From contig NC_045697.1 in the NCBI RefSeq assembly GCF_009834535.1, positions 118,112,001 to 118,176,000 of the forward strand: DNA of 64,000 nucleotides, given 5' to 3'. The position numbers and the translations under genes were made by a program. The notes under the pieces are model-generated. The model was not told the DNA's origin and ran no database searches. It saw nothing but the letters and a program-made list of their open reading frames with translations. This DNA comes from Camelus ferus (Eukaryota). Shown here in pieces: positions 26,406 to 39,359 of the stretch (positions are counted from its first letter, which is position 1; each line of letters opens with the position of its first letter).

Positions 26406-26967
26406 CAGAGAGATGTTAATGGTTCTTAAGTGGCCGTGAACCAGGTAAAGTGACAAGGAAATTGCAAATTTTAAGGGAGCAGAAGCTGTAAGACAGAGTA
26501 CAATTTCAGGGTAAATGGTGGTCCTGACTTTGTTCTCACTAAGCAAACAGGGAGATGAATTGCAAAGAGCTCAAGACAAAAGCCTTGAGAAACCTTCCAA
26601 GAAAAGACCGACACTGCAGGAGTCCTGGGTGAAAGACACGATTAGACACATCATAGAAACAGCCAATAAATGTGAAATCATGTCAAATTGTTTTCACAGT
26701 TGAAGAAATGTCGACCCAATGAGACTGCTGAAACTAAGTTTTATGTGCAAAGTTAAAAAATATTGACAGTGCTCCAAGTTATCAAGAATGGGGGGAAATT
26801 GGGACTCCTACATACTTTCTGTGAAGGTCTAAACTGGTAGAACAATAATTTAGAGGAGGATGTGGGGATATTTATGTAAACATATGCATGAACCATTTAA
26901 ATAGGCCTCATAATGCCAGGAAAACTCCTTTGCTTTCCTTGGGGTGGTGATTGAAAGTTTTAAGCCT

Positions 26968-27474
26968 TCAACATCACTAATCATCAGGGAAATGCAAATC
27001 AAAATCACAATTAGGTTATCACCTCACACCTGTTAGGATGCTATTATAAAAGCCAACAAATAAGTGGAGAAAAGGGAACCCTTGTAGACAGTTGGTAGGA
27101 ATGTAAATTGGTGCAGCCACTATGGAGAACAGTATGGAAGTTCCTCAAAAAATTAAAAATAGAACTACTACACAATCTAGTAATTCCACTCCAGGGTGTT
27201 TTTCTGAAGAAAACAAAAACACCAATTCAAAAAGATTTATGTACTCAAGGAGTGCTTTTCACTGCAGTATTATTTGCAGCAGTCAAGATAAGGACACAAC
27301 CTAAGTGTCTATAGATAGATAAAGAAAGAAGATGTGGTACATACACAATGGAATATTACTCAACCATAAAAAAGAATGAAAATTTGTCATTTGTAACAAC
27401 ATGCAGGGACCTAGAGGATATTATGCTAAGTGAAATAAATCAGACAGAGAAAGACAAAAAAAAAAAAAAGGAAA
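26968..27474 (+). mobile_element. L1 ORF2 C-terminal fragment ending in poly(A), with no 3' UTR and a TSD
   Basis: [19 protein letters not shown] (ORF2 C-terminus); A run 27456-27469; flanks GAAAGTTTTAAGC (26953-26965) and GAAATGTTTAAGC (27475-27487). Confidence 0.9.
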
Positions 27475-30350
27475 GAAATGTTTAAGCTTTTAGCTAACTT
27501 TTTTTCTTGGATGGAGTGTCACTGGCCATTAAGGAGATAAATGAAAGATCTGTGGAATCTCTAGATAGAAAAGGGATTTCTTTCTGCATGTCTCAAGTCC
27601 ACGCTCTTCTTTGGATTTTTTATTTTTATTTCCCTAATCCCAGCCCCCAACACAGAGCTCCTCCTAGTCTCCCCAGAACCACATCTGCATCCTGACGTCA
27701 GAATGGAATGATCTTTCTCAAAGTGCACATCTGATCCTGGAAGAGCTGCCTCTTCCCCATGCCCCATCCTTGCTCTGACTTAGCCCTTTCCACCGAGTTC
27801 CCCGTGTTCTTGGGAGGAAGACCAGAGATGGAGACCAAGTCCTCTCTGGGGCTCCCTGACTCCACCCCCGCCTTCTTGCTTCGGGTTTTCTGCACTGAGG
27901 CCCCACTTCCCCACTTCCTGGAGTCACCATGCTGTCTCCCCCCTCACCTGGGGACCACGACTCACTGGTCCCTCCTGAGCTGTGCCTTGGCCCACCTGGG
28001 ATGCACTCTCCCATCTTCGTGAGCAGGTGAAGCCCCTAATGACAGGAGCTCTTGTAGGCTGCCTGCCCTACATGTTGCACCGACCTCCTCTGCACTGACC
28101 ACGTTGGGACATTGTATCTCTTGTGGTTACTGGATTCCAATAAAGACTAACAGGACAGTTGAAAGGAACAAGTCTGGTTTTCTCTCCGTTGTGGCAAAGG
28201 ATCTCAAAAACGCTATTGGAATGAGTGAACAAAGTAGGGGTCTACTTTCTGCACGTGTCACCGGCTGGGTGAATGACACAAGTAGGCACCAGGGAGTTCA
28301 CCTCTCAAACTCCTGATAGAGACTTAAATAAATCTCCCCAAGACTCCCAAAGATGGGAGATACACAAGGTATCAGATTGATGTTCCCTCTTACTAACCCC
28401 AACCTGTCGCTGCTTTAATGACCGCAGGGATGTTCCTAAGCCATGTTTACCCTGTCTCCCCACAATGGTTAAAGCGATCCTGTTTCAGATTAATGAGTTG
28501 CACCAAATAAAGGAGATGCCAAGTGGGCGACTTGGTGCTAAGTTTAAGCTGATTTGGGCAGGACTGCAGTTTCAGGGTCTGTGTTAACTCTGAGTTGAAA
28601 GGGTTTGCAGACTCAGCCTGAATTAGCTGCATCCATCAAACATGGATTTTACCTGAATCATGAATCGGTGTGCCAAAGTCTGAGTTTGACGAAATAAATG
28701 GAAACAGAGTTTTAAAGGAGAAAGATGTTTTTATAAACTTTCTTGCTTTTCCCGGTAACTGCCTCTGAATGTGTATTTCTCTCACTGCATTCCCGAGGCA
28801 AGCGATGACATTTAATTTAATTAATTCTACACTTGAGTCAACTGCAGAAATTTTAGTTCAGGGTCCTCACATTTCATTCTAAAGGTAAAATAACTTAAGG
28901 TTACAGAACAGATCTAGGAAAAGATCTAATGTACTTTGCAGAGTATAACAATTACGTTTTAAATTGGGTAAGAGTTTTGACGGTTTGTTTATTGAATAAA
29001 CTGAATGTGATAGGAGGTTTGGTCCCTGCTGCCAGAGTGTTGCTTCCAGACAGACCAGTCTGCACGACTAGAATGACACCCTGTGGCTAGACACACCAAC
29101 AGCACATGCTTCCTCGCCACGCCCCCCTCCGTCTCTGTGAAAAGAATGGTCATCATAAAATAAGATTTATGAACCACTGACAGACAAAATCACTCTCCGT
29201 CTCGAAATGGATTGAACGCTGTTAGCAAGAATAAAGGAAAGGATTTCAATATTTGTGGCTTAATCTTGGTAGATCGTGACACCCAGGAACAACCCATTGC
29301 ACAAGTGGGTGGGGGTGGCTCCCCTGAAGATACTTCGTAGGATTTCACTCTGTTCATCACTCAGGGGCACGCTGGCCTCTGAGTTTCCCCGGAGCCTCAG
29401 GACAGCCTGAGGCACCGGGGCAGTCCTGTTAGTATCTCTCTTTTATGATGATCCAAACTGAACTTCAGCAAGGGCTGAAAATTTTCCACGTCCTCTGGCT
29501 AGTAAAATGCTAGCAATCCACTCAGCACGGATGCCTTTTGGATTTAAAATACATTCTTTTTCTCAGGAACTCTGCTGTAATGAAATCAACTCAGAATTAC
29601 ACATTTAGGCTTTGGAGATGTGGTCATCTGAAATTTCTTTTTTTTTTATTTAAAACAGAACAAAATGTTCTGCTGCTAGAGAGATGGCTTACTGCCTTTT
29701 CTAGTATTTTTTCTCCCTCCTGCCTGTGTCTATAAATCTTCCCAACTTTCAGGACCAGTCAACACTGCCTCCCCTGTACCTTCATTCATTGCAAACCTCT
29801 GTGAACCTCGGACCTACTGACCACTTGTTGAATTGCCAGGGAGTCATTGTGATGTCAAGCAACAGCACGTTTTTCCTGAACCTGCTTAAATATTTCCTGT
29901 CATTTAGATTCTCACCTGTCTGCCTTCCAGGTGAACACCCGGAGAATGAGAACCATATCGCTAGTTTTTCCTAGTCTATACTGGGCTCAAAACCACCATC
30001 TGTGCATAGCAGGTGCTTTATTCATTTGATCCTAAATTATCCAGAGAGGAGGACTGAAATCCTTGCAATCCAGCTGTCCATGGATGCTCTTATATTTAAT
30101 ATTTACATATTTAAAATAGATATTGTTGATTCTGAGTACACGGTATCCTTATCACTTAAAGGTAGTTATATTATACAAAGCAGGGTAAGACCTATGTGCG
30201 TTTCTAGCCTGTTACAAATGCATTCAGTGTATTTTACCCACATTTTATGCATGTTACAAAAAGAACACAGTGGAATTAAATGTATTTTTAGTATATTAAA
30301 CTAGAAAGCAGAAAATACCATTAAAATCATTCTTTATTGTTTCATGCTTT

Positions 30351-30489
30351 TTTTTTTTTTTTTTAGTTTTTTGGGAGAGGGTAATTTGGTTTATTTATTT
30401 AATTCTTTTTATAATGGAGGGACTGGGGATTGAACCCAGGACCTCGTGCTTGCTAAGGACGTGCTCTATCACTGAGCTAGACTCTCCCC
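30351..30489 (-). mobile_element. Vic-1-type SINE with 16-bp TSD
   Basis: GGGGATTGAACCCAGGACCTC...CACTGAGCTA; TSD TATTGTTT(CA/TG)TGCTTT at 30335-30350 and 30490-30505. Confidence 0.92.
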
Positions 30490-31320
30490 TATTGTTTTGT
30501 GCTTTCTATCATTGGATTTTTTTTTAAATGTGGATGTACAAAAATCCATATTTACTTTGTTTTTTCATGAATCCTGAGTGCTTCCTTTGGGTCAGGTGAA
30601 CCAGATTCTTACAGAAGTAAGTCTATATATTTTCTCTGCCCTGCTGTCCTTGAATCTGCTACTGCCTCAAGGTTGTTGAGCTGAGAGGCATCCAGGGATG
30701 AGAGAGCCCATTCCAGAGGGACAGGGGAGGGCAGAAGGGTGGGGGTTGTAAGCCCCTGAAACTTACACACCAGGCAAGCTCTGTCTTCTTCGTTCTCCTG
30801 AGACCCTCCACATTCAAAGCTAGAACTTCACCCTTTCCCCTCTAAAGCAAACATTTTAAACCCAATCACTGGGTTATATTATCCAGCTGTCAGGGACCTT
30901 GAAAAGTTCCTCATGTATTTGTTTTAAAATCACACTTTGAACACAAAGTGTCAGTCTGAAAGGTTTCCTTAACCAGACTGACCTCATAGGTAGTTAAACG
31001 TTAATTTTTACAACGGATATACCCTGTCCAGAGGGCTGATAAGGCTTTTGAAACGATGATAGAACCACCATCAACAACAAAAAAAAATCATCGTAAAGAA
31101 AGAAGATAATGATGTGTACGTTATACTGCGACCCCAGTGAGCGCTCGTGTTTTCTCTGAGCATTTTGCTCTCTTGTGAGAGTTTCCGAAAGTGAAAAATG
31201 TCGTAAGGCAGGCCATGATGAAACTGGAAACATAAATTCAGCCCTATTCAGTGATGCGCAGAATTCTGGGCTTCCATCTGCTCATCGAGGTCTTCACCAT
31301 CAGCTAAACTTTACACACAT

Positions 31321-31820
31321 AACCTGACGACATGCAAGGTGGCCTCGTAATCCGTTTTTTCAGGTTTTCCCAATGCGAAGCCTAGCAGTGGAACGGGTGA
31401 CCTTCTGAAGTGTCAAGGTGAGACCGAAGGCTGCCGGGAGAGGGCAGCAGCAGGGGCTGGGCGTGGACCGGTCCCCGCGGGCGGAGGCGGCGATGAGGGG
31501 CTTCAACTTGACCGCGGACGCTGCTGGCGACGGCGAGGGCCCAGTTAGTTTTGGAATTTCACTCGGAATGGCTGAAGTGTACATGGCCCCCACTCCCAAC
31601 TACCTTTGAAACTCATTTTATGGCTCCCAACAGTGGCCCAGTGGCCGGCGTGGGGATAGCCGCACGCCGAGGGGTAAAATCAGGTAGGAAAACAGGCCTC
31701 CCAACCGCGGGGAAAGCGGCGGCGTCAGCCACCACGTTTAATTGGCTGTGGCCTCCTCATCTGTAACGTAGGGCGACTGCCAGCCACGGGTTCAACCCCT
31801 GAGACCTGACCGGGGTTAAC
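31321..31820. promoter_or_regulatory. Small CpG island, candidate promoter or enhancer
   Basis: About 36 CpGs in 500 bp by hand count in a CpG-poor window; three CCGCGG sites; GGGCGG at 31479-31484; ATTGG at 31741-31745; no repeat recognised. Confidence 0.7.
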
Positions 31821-32958
31821 TGCTTTTGCTGCAGGTTTCAGAAGTCTCTCATTTCAGCTGTCTCCGTGATTCAAGGCGCTAAATACTTACTAGAAATGAC
31901 AGTCTGTGTTCAGCGTGACTCAGGAAGTTCTCAAGGCATTTCAGTACATGGGACCATCCTTCCCAGCGTCTGGTCCTGTGGGATTTCTTGAACTTACATC
32001 CGAAACCCTTCCTTTTGTTTCCCGTGTGTATCTGTGCTGGTGTAAAGGCAGCAGGGTTCCTTTTCCAGCTTTTTTGGAAACGATAATAATATCAGTTATG
32101 GAATGTGACCTGCTGCCTTCTTCTGCGTTTTGATGAACAGCCCAGAGAGGATGGCACTATACTTATTAAAAAAGACTCCACCACAGTAGTATTTTAATAG
32201 AGCTCTCAAATGTCATTATATAATAAATGTCTTAAATATTCATAACTGTAGTACAGACAAGCACACTTGCTTTTTTTTTTCACTATCACAACACATAATA
32301 AAGTTAATACCTAGGAGCAAATACACATTTGTAGTTCATAATTATTTGAATTGAGCTGAGTTCAGTGAAGAGTAAAGAAGTAAATAGAAGTAAAAGTAAT
32401 AAGCTACTTAATAAAAATTACTTCATTACGTAAAACAGACACAGTATATATTTAAAGCATATTGAGTTGGTCTTTAAATATAGATTCACATATATATTAA
32501 ATCACACGTTAAAAACCAGGAGTGTTTTGATTTCATAACAGACTAATCTTATTTACAAATAGTCTTATTTAAGAAACCTTAAAGAGTGAGTTAATTCAAA
32601 TGCTGATTTTGCAACTAAAATCAAACTTTCAGAAAACCACAGACTTGTGCTCAAAAAGTTCTAAAAGTTTTTTCTGAAAGTTCTAAAAGGTTTTCAGCCA
32701 TCTCAAAATGATGATAAAAAATACTTGACTTCAACACAGTCAAGGCAACCAAACAAACCCAGAGGCCATAAAGACAGACTGCTCACATTATCATAAGCAT
32801 GAGATCACCAAAATATTTTTAGATTTCCCAACGTTGACCAAATAACATATTTTCTTCCTTTGAAAATAACATGGCTTCATTTACGAACACTTGGGGAGAG
32901 TTATTTTCCTAAGGTGCTGCCTTATGCCCCTGTCCTCTGTGACTGAGGAAGTGGACCC

Positions 32959-33489
32959 TGTGACATATTAGATATACAGAGGGGCCAAAGGCTGGCCACT
33001 GGAATATTATTGTCCTGGGTTGTTGGCTTGACCGCAGGCTGGGACCCATTAGCTCAAAACTCGCTGGTGCCAAACTCAAACTTATACTCATTCAGTTGGG
33101 TTACACATAGCCCCAATACAGAGAATTTTAGCCACCTGGGGCCGCCTGTGCCACCCCACAAAACCACATCCCACATCTGCTAGCTGTAGATGAGACAACC
33201 CTGAGCTTGGAGACCCCAGCCCTGCTGCCCTTTGGAGCTCTCTGACCCCGACGCCCCATCTTGCTACTGAGTGACGTCAGTAGACATGCAAGTCCTCTTT
33301 CTGGTCACCCTCTCGTCCCTCCCCCTCGTCCCTCCTGAGTGATGACCTCTGGGCGGTCTCATGCTACGGAGGACATCCCCTCATGCAAACCTATCAAAGT
33401 ACATCCCAAATAGAGAGTGCACCCTGGTGTCACCTCGTGGTCATATTTTGTTTCCTGGATCAGCTGAGAATGCCCTTGAACGCACAACA
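32959..33489 (+). mobile_element. MER74-like ERVL solo LTR
   Basis: TG...CA ends; CCACTGGAATATTATTGTCCTGGG near the 5' end; CACCTCGTGGTCATATTTTGTTTCCTGGATCAGC near the 3' end. Confidence 0.7.
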
Positions 33490-33801
33490 ATACTTTCAGG
33501 TAATAACGAGAGCAATTAAAATTACTGAATATAGATGGAAAACCTCAGGCCCTCTATGGTCTGTTTGTTTACATGTCAATACTTTGTTCTTTTGGCAAGG
33601 TCTGGCAGAGATGGATTATTGGGTAGACCCCAGTGATCAGAAAGAACTGACAGCATAAGTCTTTTTCCTCTGTAGACCCATTTCCTAACCAGCCTTTCCC
33701 CACACTTATGAAGAGAAAGACAAACATTTATTTTTCTCTGTATAATTCTTCCCCACTGGCTTTCAGTTATATTGCAGGAAATTTTACATACTTGAATGGC
33801 A

Positions 33802-33833
33802 GGCTGAATATATACACACACACACACACACAT

Positions 33834-33866
<33 letters not shown>

Positions 33867-34274
33867 ACACATTTTCTTTATACACTCATCCATCATTGGA
33901 CACTTGGCTATTGTGAGTAATGCTGCAATGAACATGGGAGTACAAATATCTTTTCAAGATGCTAATTTCAATTATTTTGGTAAATATCCAGAATTGGGAA
34001 TTACTGAATCAAGTGGTAGTTCTATTTTTTAGTTTTGGACCAACCACCATACTGTTGTCCAAACAAAACTCAGAGATGCAGAGAACAGACTGGTGGTGAC
34101 CAGAGGAGAGGGAGGTTGGGGGGAGGAGGAATAGATGAAGGGGTCCGTTGTGTTATGGTGACGGATGGCGACTACACTTGTTGTGGGGATCACTTTGTGG
34201 TTACACAGATATGAATTTACACTGTATGCCTGAAACTAACATAATGTTATATACCAATTTTACCTCAATACAAA
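33802..34274 (+). mobile_element. 5'-inverted L1 (33802-34060 antisense ORF2 end, 34061-34274 sense 3' UTR) containing (CA)n(TA)n
   Basis: TGCTGCAATGAACATGGGAGT antisense (MFIAALLTIAK on the - strand); GAGAACAGACTGGTGG...CCTGAAACTAACATAATGTTATAT...CTCAATA sense. Confidence 0.85.
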
Positions 34275-35826
34275 CAGAAGCAGCCCATGCAGACTTTCAG
34301 GAAAGAAAAATAAAGACATTAAAGTGTAAAATATAAATCTTCTGTGAAGATGAGAACAAAAAAATTCACTGTACTTGATCCCTGAGAAATGTTTATAAGC
34401 AATCCAGTTTTGAAAAAGTCTTTTTTTGAGTCACATTTCATTTTAACTATAAGTGCAATGTCCTTGAATATCTTACAGCCTTGGTATTCAATATGCATCT
34501 ATCATAAAGTGATTAATCTTAGAATGACTTTATTGAGTGCTAGAGTGACCTTATTAACTGGTCCAACAAAGAGAAATACAGTTTTTTCCACTGGAACATT
34601 TTCCACTTTTTCAACATAGTTCATCAAAACTGACTTGACATTCAGTGAAATTTCTTGCAGGTTTGGATTTTTTTGCCCATGGAGCCCTGTCTTCGTTTAG
34701 GAAGATTTGAATATGCCTGGTTTGTGCATAATACCATACAAGCTAAACCAAACTGTTCTTTATTAACTTTATTGACATGTCTCGTCTTTAATCATTACTG
34801 CAATTACTTCTACTATTGATTTACTCATTCAAACAAAACCAGTTGAACATTCTTGGCTGGAGAACATTGGGCTAAGTATAGGGATAAAGGCAGAAATAAC
34901 TGTGAATGCAAATACCTCACAATCAAGTCAGGTCAAACACACCACCCTTGAGTAAAGTAGACGGTCAAGACACACCCAGTGCCTGATGTCTGCATTTTCT
35001 CTCACTGCCGTTCAGTTCACACACCCTCTTCCAGGTCTCTGAAATGCTCTTCACCATCATTCTCCATGAGACCTTTTCTGACTCATCCTTTGAAACTCTA
35101 CTCAGATGGAATCTCCATTCATTGGCTTTTGCTCATCTTTCCGGAGTCAGGGAGGAAGGCGAGCGTTCCCTCAGCTTCCAGCCGCTGCACATCATAGCAG
35201 TAATCAAATTAGTTTTATTATGTGACAGTCCTCCCACTATACTAAAAATCTGAATGGGAGTTAGAACATTTCCTCGTGCATCTTCCACTAAGCCTGACCA
35301 TAGAAAGTGATTCGAGAAGGTTGAGAGCCTAGGTGAGACACAAAATCCCAGAGCGTAAGGGAACACACAAGTGAACACAATTTATTTTGCCGCTATAGGA
35401 GGGAGTGGAAAAACCTCAGAAAAACTTCCTGGAAGAGAAGATATCTGAGCCAAATCTTTTAGAGAAGGAAGGAGAAAGAAAGGGGCAGGTCTGGTTAAAA
35501 GAACGTTTGGATGAGTTGGCTTCTAAATTGAAACCTTATAGAAATCTCTGTTCTATTTTTAGTAACCATGTCTCTTATTTTTAACGTGTCTCTAAAATCT
35601 CCTCTGTCCTTTTTGAATGTATTTACATACTATATTTTCTACATTCACCATATAATTTGACTCAAAAAGTTTATTTTGCTTTCTCTCCCGTCCACTATAT
35701 CATTTGCAGTGAAAGAGAATTTATAATCAGTTTGACAAAATAATTTGCTGTCATTTAAAATGACCTGGAAAATGGTTTGTAGTTAGAAATAGTTAGATAT
35801 TAGAAGAATGTCACAGTGGAACTTGG

Positions 35827-36823
35827 TGTAATAGAGAAGAACAAATCCGACTCCATATTGGATCTTTTCCTTTGGCTCTAACCCTGGGCTCTGTTTGCTG
35901 GGCTCAGCCATGCTGGTCCTGCACATTTTGTAAAAGAATGTCACCTAGAGCCTGAAATAGACAGGACAGCCCATCTTCAAGGCTCTGCCTCCCAGCCTTG
36001 GCCTTGTGGATGAAACCCTGTTGCTTGCCTCTGCCTCTGCAAGGATTAGGCCCTGAGCCACTGCAGTCACCAACCTTCAACACATCCTAAAAGGAGTTTA
36101 GGGCAGAGAATCCAGAATGAGGCACTCTGTGCTCTGGGAAAAACTGGCAGAACAGGCCTTCAGATAGATACGTTTCAGGAGGAGTGTTATGAGCCCAATT
36201 TCTTGCATCTCCTTGTATCTAGAAAAGCACTAAAATCATTAATGGTGACATCTGCTGCTCATGACCAGCAGCAGGCCTCTGCTTACACGTGGGCTAGACT
36301 GCAGGTAACCCCCTTCACTATGATTACATACACACTGACCTTAGCCCCTGCAGCTCCTCTTTGGAGCAGTGCCTCAGAGCTATCTGAGAGGCTGTCTCCC
36401 AAGCTATAGTCTTCATTTGGCCCCAAATAAAACTTAACTCACAACTCTCACATTGTGTATTTCTTTTTTTGGTTGACAATCTTTAAAAGTATAACATTTT
36501 TCCATCCATATAGAGATAAAAAGTTGCAGAACAGAGAATAACATTTGTCTTCTTGGAGGTTTACAGGGGCACCATGACCTGATCCATGTGGACAGCTGCA
36601 AGAACAAAGGATTCCAGCACCAAGAAGTTTGCAGAAGCCAACCACACCTCCTCCCTTTTTAGTATAAATGAAGCCTAAATTCTGAATCATGGAAGATGGT
36701 TCTTTGGGATGCTAGTCCATCATCCTCTCAGTATGCTGGCTTTCCCAAAAAAGTCATTGTTCCTTGTCCGTTGATTTATTGGCCTGTCATGGGGCGAGTA
36801 GTATGAGCTTGGACTCAGTAACT
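35827..36823 (+). mobile_element. MER41-like ERV1 solo LTR, split by a nested LTR
   Basis: Begins TGTAATAGAGAAGAACAAATC, ends GAGCTTGGACTCAGTAAC; the two halves align colinearly to the reverse complement of 46573-47100; TSD TTGG/CTGG. Confidence 0.85.
35991..36478 (+). mobile_element. Second ERV1-class LTR nested in the MER41-like LTR
   Basis: Segment absent from the 46573-47100 copy; own AATAAA at 36426-36431 and LTR end GGTTGACA. Confidence 0.8.
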
Positions 36824-38116
36824 CTGGCATCCTTGGTTATTGAGCCTGAGTACTGGTATTCTCTCTGTGTCCCTTCAAACTAGGCTGTCACTGGCATAGA
36901 CTTTCCACTTGCTACTTCAAAAACAGATGATTTTGGCTTAGATTGAACAGCATTCCAACAACTGATAAATGCGTGACATTCTTCAGAAGCATCACCAAGA
37001 GCTAGAACTGTAATATTTTCCCTTCTTTTACTGGAACAGGTATGGATTCAAGACAATATGGTCTTCTAGTAGAACTGTTAGTGGGATTTCAAATAGAAAC
37101 GTTTGCAAAGTCAAAGGAGGTTTGATGTGCTCAGTGTAGCTATGGGGTGGTGGGTCTCCACAGAATCTTTGACTTTACAGTGTCCAGGCTGCAGTGACCC
37201 AGGATTCCTCCTGGTGGACTTTTGAATAGAATCAGGATCATCAGTTGGGCTGCTGTGATTTACACATATGCTAATTGGGTAAGAAGTAGGAGGGAGTCAG
37301 GAGGACAACTGAGTTAGAGAGATAGTGAAGTAAAACTTCTGGTTCCTCCATGTCAAAGGGAAGGGCTGTCCCGACCTCATGAGCCTTGAATGTTTTTATT
37401 CTCTGTATTTTTCCCCTTCTTTTCCTTTACTGAAGTACTACTTTCAATTTATTCATATCTTGCAAGGTATTTAGGGAGCATATCAAGTAAATGCTATCTA
37501 CAAACTCAAAGTAATACTTCATTTAACATATTATTGTTGTGTTTAATACTGACCAGGATGGGACAAGGGAAATATTTGCAACTGAAATTTCCACATACAG
37601 TAGACAAGGGTGTTACTGTGAAAGTAAATTGGCTTGTAGTTTTTTACATGGATTAAGTTTCTCCTGAGTTCATTAGACTATTGATCACATAGGAATTACT
37701 TGACAGTTCATTTAATAGCCAGTTTTTCTCATCATTTCATTGGGGAGTACTTTCTTTCCCTTGGGAAAGTGTTTTGACAGGCTTGCCTTAAGGATGGTGT
37801 GTGGTAATCAATATGAAAAGAACTTCACAAATTATAAGGTGCTATATAAATTACGAGGCACAAATATTTTAAGAAAATGATTAATCAACTTTGGTTTGCT
37901 TTTCTTTTTAGTCTTACCAGAAAACTTGTCAAGAAAGAAGAAGATGTGTTATAAAATCACATCTAGTTGGGCTTTTGATTGGAATTATGAGTATCCACAC
38001 CTTGTTGTGAGGAGAATTGACATCTTTGCAAAGTTGATTTATCACAAGAATAAGATACATTATTTCAATTATTCATGTCTCATTCTATATTTCCCACTAA
38101 AATTCAGGATAGAGTT

Positions 38117-38392
38117 TGTTATGCCCTAAGTTGTGTTCCCTAGAAATTCACATGTCGAAGCCTCAACCTTCAATGTGGCTGTATTTAAAGGCAGGGTGTT
38201 TAAGGAGGTAATTAATGCCGAACAAGGTCCCAAGTGCGGGGCCCTGGCTCAATAGAATTGGTGTCTTTATATGAAGAGGAAGCTCTCTGCTCACTCTCTC
38301 TCTCCAGCTGCACACCACAGGAAAGGCCACGCGAGGCCACAGGGAACCAACAGACAGCTACAAGCCAGGAAGACAGTGTTCACGAGAACCTG
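38117..38392 (+). mobile_element. MLT1A-like LTR, 3'-truncated
   Basis: TGTTATGCCCTAAGTTGTGTTCCCTAGAAATTCACATGTCGAAG...GGTGTCTTTATATGAAGAGGA...CAAGCCAGGAAGA. Confidence 0.8.
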
Positions 38393-38863
38393 AGAGGTAA
38401 TTTGTTGCTATTAGCAGGTTTATTCAGTGGCAACATGAATTTATCTTGAGAAAGTGTTTCGTAAAAACTACATCCACAGATGACTTTACATAAATATTAA
38501 AAGTAAGGCAGTGGGAAGATCAGGGTATCACTAGTATATCTTAAACATGACAAGTAAAATGAAACATTGTCAAATATATTTTGCATCTATTAAAGGAATA
38601 TAAAGAAATACATTATGAATTTATCATCACATAAACAAGATAATCCTGGGACATACTTCTCTTAAATTTTTTTTAGAAAATCTAATTCTGAATCTTTTCA
38701 GACAAAGTCATAAACCTGGCTCATGACAATGCAATATATATCCCCTGTCAAGTAGCAGGAGAAATTTTGGGGAAAGTAGCACAGTAAGACACTCTAATCC
38801 TCAAATGAATGAACTGGGACCATTTAGCGGAGGGACTGGCAGGTTCCCGCAGCTTGGAGGCCC

Positions 38864-39305
38864 TGGGTTAGTTTCTTAGGCTGCTATCAGAAGACACCAC
38901 AGAGGAGGGGCTAAAACCATGGAAATGTATTCTCTTAAGTTCTGGAGGCCAGAAGTCCAGAATCAAGGCGCCAGCAGGGCCAGGCTCCCTCTGAGACTCT
39001 GCGCGCAAACTTTCTGCCTTCTGGAGGTGCCACGGGTCCTCAGCCTGCCTGGCCTGTAGTGGCATCACCCTAGTCTCTGCCTCCATCATCACACGACCTT
39101 TTCACTGGGCGTTCCCCCCTTTGCTCGCTGTTTCCTTCTTCCTATAAGGACACCAGTCATCTTCAGTTAGGGCTCACCCGAACGCCCCCATCTTAGCTGG
39201 CTTCCACCTACAAAGACCCTATTTCCAAACAAGTTCAATCCACAGGTACCAGCGATGATTAGGACTTCATCATGTCTCTCTGAGGACACAGCCCAATCCA
39301 TAACA
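38864..39305 (-). mobile_element. MLT1B/C-like LTR
   Basis: GTTCTGGAGGCCAGAAGTCCAGAATCAAGG...TATAAGGACACCAGTCAT...AAAGACCCTATTTCCAAACAAG...CCATAACA. Confidence 0.85.
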
Positions 39306-39359
39306 GAACCTTAAGTGTCACAGCATCACATCACAAAGTGACGATCGACATACTTGAAT

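Noticed and set aside
32655..32697. Short tandem duplication AAAGTTCTAAAAG (also GGGAACATTA near 11512 and CATGATATC near 49837)
   Set aside because: Ordinary slippage duplications with no further structure
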